Assembly (NCBI GenBank): GCA_003344405.1
Contig: NOWV01000292.1
Span: forward strand, 1 to 61,418
DNA from: Trichoplax sp. H2
Taxonomy: Eukaryota
Direction: 5' to 3'
Length of the DNA: 61,418 nt
Positions 57,193-61,418 of the stretch are shown here, piece by piece. The translations under genes and the position numbers were made by a program. Position 1 is the first letter of the stretch, and the number at the start of each line of letters is the position of its first letter. The notes below the pieces were generated by a model. That model did no database searches, was not told where the DNA came from, and was given only the letters and a program-made list of their open reading frames with translations.

Positions 57193-59699
57193 TTAACAAC
57201 ATGAACCACTTTTGCCTGTTTGTTGACTATTTTTTGGTCTTGTATTACTTAAAGTAATAGTATCCACAGTGTTTTGCGATTTAGAATTATTCAATTGCTC
57301 CAAATTCTTATTATTTGAATCATCTAATGGTAATAAATTCGATAACAAAAATTTAAAAACTTCCTTTACATTTATTCCAGCCTTAGAGCTAGTTTCAAAG
57401 AATGGGATCTGTTGCAACTTTTGACCCTGCCAATTCTCGTTTAAATTTATAGCCATTGTTTTGCCATCCTCTTGCGATACTTCTCTACCCGCTGTATCGA
57501 TTAAGTCTTTCTTCGTACCAACAACAGCAACAAGTACATGGGTATCATTCTCATCGAGCAACGGTATGAATCTTTCCTTCAGTGTATCGAATGACTTTTT
57601 CGAGGTAATATCGTATGCAATAATAACTCCAGAAGCACCACGACAATAAAATGATGTTAAGCGTCCATATCTCTCTTCCCCAGCAGTATCCTAAGTAAGA
57701 AAAGACATTTCAAGATAGTAGAGAATTTAATACATATGCTTGCTGTAATTTTCGATATACGAGCAAGTGGTGAGTAGTCGTCTAGGTTAATACTACCTAA
57801 AACTAGGGATAATATTAGACGCTTCACAAAGGCTCATTTTAATGGTATATCATTGGTAAAATACACTCTATACGTATATGGTAGTAAAAAGCTATAACTA
57901 GCTATTAGTATAGTAACAAATGTCCAATTCAGCAAACCGACGATATTGTCTTACCCAAATCGCAGCGTTATAATGACCCCATTTCTGCATACTAAAAGCA
58001 GCACCCATAGTCTAGAATGCGATATGAAACAATAAATTCGATGGGACAATTTGACATAGAACGACGATGAATAATGCAACATAATTATTTGAAAGTAATG
58101 CCTCAATTACAAGTATGGTCTACTTCAGCATATACGACTACGATATGTTTATGAAGCATCTATAACAAACAATAACACACAAAAACTATGATACACGGAT
58201 TGTCGTTCACATAGACAAAGCACTACTACAACATTATAATGATCTGATTTTCGAATAAATTACGTAAATTATTTACTCAAAAGTTTGAGACTTTCTATCT
58301 CGATCCAACGTAACATTAAGCAGTAACTTCTGCTCAACTATTCAATAAACTTTAACTTACACATACTGAAACATTAACATCTAGCTTATTAACAACGAAT
58401 ATCGTTGATAGATTCACTACTGTAAGATTAGTACTGCCGAATGTACTTGCTCTTAAGTAATTACACTACACATGACCCGGCCTATACTGTATAACATTTG
58501 TGAAAATGAAGTGTAAGTGCTTCGGTCATCACTTTCTCATCTTTAAGATCAACTTGTATAAACACAAGGCACAGACTATTAGATAAACATTTTGCTAAGC
58601 GGCAAGCTTCTAACTCGTGCCGCTATATCATTCTACCAATTTATTATACTCACATGTGGTTGGACGGAAAAAGTTCCTTTCAAATAACGGCCGATAAAGG
58701 AGGTTTTGCCAACTCCTGATTCTCCCATGATTACAATCTTGACATCTCTAAAATGAACGAAAAAAATTTTTACAATTTTTTGAAATTTTGATTTTTTTAA
58801 TACAAGCATTCGATTATGTACTATTCGGCCTACATAAATAATATTCTACTTGTATCTACAATAAATCCTACTAACAAGCACATATCAATATCGCATTAAC
58901 CTAGATCAATACGGATAATCAATGATAAAAATATAGAATTACACTGATCGTTACATACTGAAATTAGAAGATTGTAATAATAGACGAACAATTGTTTCAT
59001 TAGGAAGAGTTTTATAACGAACAAGCCGGCCAGGAATGAAATGGAATTTATCGGCAACTTTCTGAATTTTACGGCAATTGCAAGCAATTTCTTAATTAAG
59101 CTATGCATTCAGGGCTTGTAATAATCATTGTCAACAGTCTGTTTCCGCTAATATACAGTATGCACTGCACTAGGGTATGTTTTCATCTTGCTAAAAGGAA
59201 AATAACTTGTCATGTACCATCGCATTACCCATATCAATCAGCATGACGATTGCTACTTTAATATTCATAGCTAAGCGTTTAGGGTAAAATAAGGACGATG
59301 CGAAAGATGGAACTCGGCTATACTATCAAACAGAAGACATACGAGTATCAAGCTCATCAGCATTGATTGTGGTGTCCGTTGCTATTTTATAAGATGATAC
59401 CTCTACTGGTGGCTATCATCTGTAGTAAGCCAAGCAGGACTTGACAAATACACATTTTAACTAGCAGATAAAGCGGTTTTCTTTGCTTGTCTTATAACTA
59501 TTCCATCCAGTCATAAAAATAAATAATAATATTACTATTGCAGTAGTCCATTCCTTCTACAATCTATTATAGGGTATTTCTAGGCAATTGATTGGCACTG
59601 TGATGATTATATTTGTAAAGTGTGAATAAGTGAACTTAACATCCTATTCAACCATTTTGGAGATCAAACTTACGCTTTCTTCAAATTGGAAGATGTCAT
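57193..59699 (-). CDS. RAB20: Rab20-like small GTPase, 224 aa, 4 coding exons
   Basis: Exons 59699-59674 (MTSSNLKK), 58747-58654 (DVKIVIMGESGVGKTS), 58011-57955 (TMGAAFSMQKWGHYNAAIW) and 57690-57193 (DTAGEERY...FYCRGA...GTKKD...ETSSK...GSCC*). The short inter-switch segment and YCRGA match recalled human RAB20 (TVGGAFYLKQWRSYNISIWDTAG...MYCRGA). Confidence 0.85.
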
Positions 59700-59876
59700 A
59701 TTGTATGAAGAGCATAAACTGTTTTATTTTGCTTTTTAACTCTCAATCTTTTCGATTAGCATAGAAACTACCCGTTGGATTTTGTTTCTTTCTCCCTCAC
59801 CAAGCTCCGATCACCAGTTTCACCTTTAACACTGCAACTGGAAGAGACTACAGTGACTAGTAGGTAAAATAAGACT

Positions 59877-60020
59877 ACGGTACTACTGTACAGTGTACAG
59901 TATACAGTACTGTACATACTGGTGGAAGTCTGCATGTACTGTACTGTACAAGTGTACAGTACTGTACAGTATGGTAGTACAGTACTGTACAGGACTGTAC
60001 TGAGTACTGAGCACTGTAGT
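59877..60020. repeat. TACAG/CTGTA palindromic tract upstream of the Rab20-like gene
   Basis: ACTGTACAGTGTACAGTATACAGTACTGTACA and GTACAGTACTGTACAG units about 180-320 bp upstream of the ATG at 59699. Confidence 0.85.
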
Positions 60021-60371
60021 TGACAGCAATCGAACACTGTCTCATCATCCGTCCGATCCCGTACTGATTGATTCACTACTGGACTAGTTTCCTTGAGATT
60101 ATCTTTTGAAGGCGAAAGAGCTGACAAATTAGAAAGAGAAAGTACAAACTTTCTCTAGAGTAGTCCCTGCCTGAGAGATTCCCTAGTACAGCATACACTT
60201 TTCATGGATAGTTTTACAAGTGCTAGAAAGAAGAAATCCCCCATACTAGCGGCAGGCATACAGGAAGTAGTTAGGCTGCCTTCAATATCACTGAAGATAC
60301 GTGACAGCTTTCTCTATGTTTCTACAGCAATCAGAGTCATTTCGATGACGTCATCGTCCATTGAAAAGTAT

Positions 60372-61265
60372 TTGCAGTACAGGGTACAGTACAGTGAGTA
60401 CACAGTGTACAGTGTACAGTGTACACTGTACAGTACAAACAGTACTGTACCGTGGGCCAACAGTGTACTGTACTGTACTGTACGTTTCAGAACAGTGGTT
60501 TCACTTCACAAACACGTTTCAAACAGTTTCAAGCAGTGTACAGTACACTGTACAGTGTACAGTACAGTGCGTCAATAGTACAGTGTACAGTGTACAGTGC
60601 ATACAGTAGTGCATACTGTAGTACTTCGTGCTTTATAATACTGTGCCGTACTGTACTGTACTGTACTGTACTGTACTGTACTGTACAGTACAGTAGACGG
60701 TCTCCAGCACTACTGCTTTGTAAAGGGAACGGTCTACTGTACTGTACTGTTCTGTACACTCAGTGTAAACCGTACAACTAAACTAAAGACGGCGTCTTTT
60801 CATTTTGTTTTCAATTCTTTAACTGGATGAAAATGGAACTTAAAACTGACATGCGTATACAATAATTTACCATATACAAAACGATAGCAATCAATTCCAT
60901 TTCTACTTTTAGTACAGTCAAGTTTAGTACTGGAAGTGTACTATACTGTATTTCGAGAATAACATTGCCGTACTGTACAGTGTACAGTGTACAGTATTTC
61001 TCCCCCAAATTACTGTACTGAACCGTGTACAGTACTGTACTGTACTGTACTGTACAGTAAAGTATTTCCAAACTTACTTTGCTGTACTGTACTGTACGTA
61101 CAGTACAGTACAGTATAACTACATAGTAACTGTACTGTACAGTATAGTAACCCTAACCCTAACTCCTGTACACTGTACAGTGTACAGTACAGTACTGTAC
61201 AGTACTGTACTGCAGATTGATACTGTACATTGTACTGTACTGTACTGTACTGTACAATGTACAGG
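60372..61265. repeat. Long interrupted TACAG/CTGTA microsatellite array
   Basis: Pure (CTGTA)7 at 60651-60685 flips to CAGTACAGTA across a TGTACA palindrome. Further (CTGTA)n and (TACAGTG)n runs lie at 60385-60480, 60537-60620 and 60970-61260. This explains the spurious YCTV/QYST ORFs. Confidence 0.93.
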
Positions 61266-61384
61266 CTCCTCCCATCCTCGATTTTCTTCCAGTTCTTGCT
61301 GTACCCTTCAATCCTCTCAATCCATCCACAGCCAGCTTTCATTCACAGTTTGTGCTACTGATATCTTGCCAGGAGAATTTCATA

Positions 61385-61418
61385 ATGGCTGTGACGAGTG
61401 AAATAGAAAGAGCCATTT
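61385..61418 (+). CDS. Possible start of a downstream gene, truncated by the window end
   Basis: ATAATGG context opens MAVTSEIERAI... about 120 bp after the TACAG array, matching the spacing seen at other genes here. Too short to identify. Confidence 0.25.
   Translation, partial: MAVTSEIERAI

Noticed and set aside
59768..61401. Overlapping Y/C/T/V/Q/S-rich ORFs (also 575-763 and 8986-9204)
   Set aside because: They are translations of the TACAG/CTGTA microsatellite in several frames, not proteins.

Overview
AT-rich (roughly one-third GC, judged by eye) animal genomic DNA with many short GT-AG introns. The gene style and abundant ACAGT/CTGTA microsatellite suggest a placozoan such as Trichoplax (inference). 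Genes spliced by hand, in order: EXOC3/Sec6 (+, 28 coding exons); a 3-exon 311-aa protein with an N-terminal TPX2-type Aurora-A-binding motif (-); PRPF6 (+, 28 exons); a TASK-like K2P channel (+, 2 coding exons, 6.5-kb intron); an intronless class C GPCR (-); an ankyrin-type glutaminase (-, 19 exons); PDCL3 (+); a 108-aa myristoylated FRS2-like PTB-only protein (-); two intronless head-to-head PM20D1-like M20 hydrolases; a Rab20-like GTPase (-). Non-coding structure: palindromic TACAG/CTGTA tracts mark the 5' ends of most housekeeping-type and divergent genes, a small fold-back (MITE-like) family shares GGACTAC termini, and a ~1.1-kb higher-order minisatellite lies upstream of glutaminase. No CRISPR array, rRNA or convincing tRNA was seen. 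Best candidates for new biology: the TPX2-motif protein without a TPX2 C-terminus, the PTB-only adaptor lacking both phosphotyrosine arginines, the promoter-marking palindromic tracts, and a glutaminase / putative glutamate-sensing GPCR / TASK channel neighbourhood. All homology calls are from recalled sequences, not database searches.
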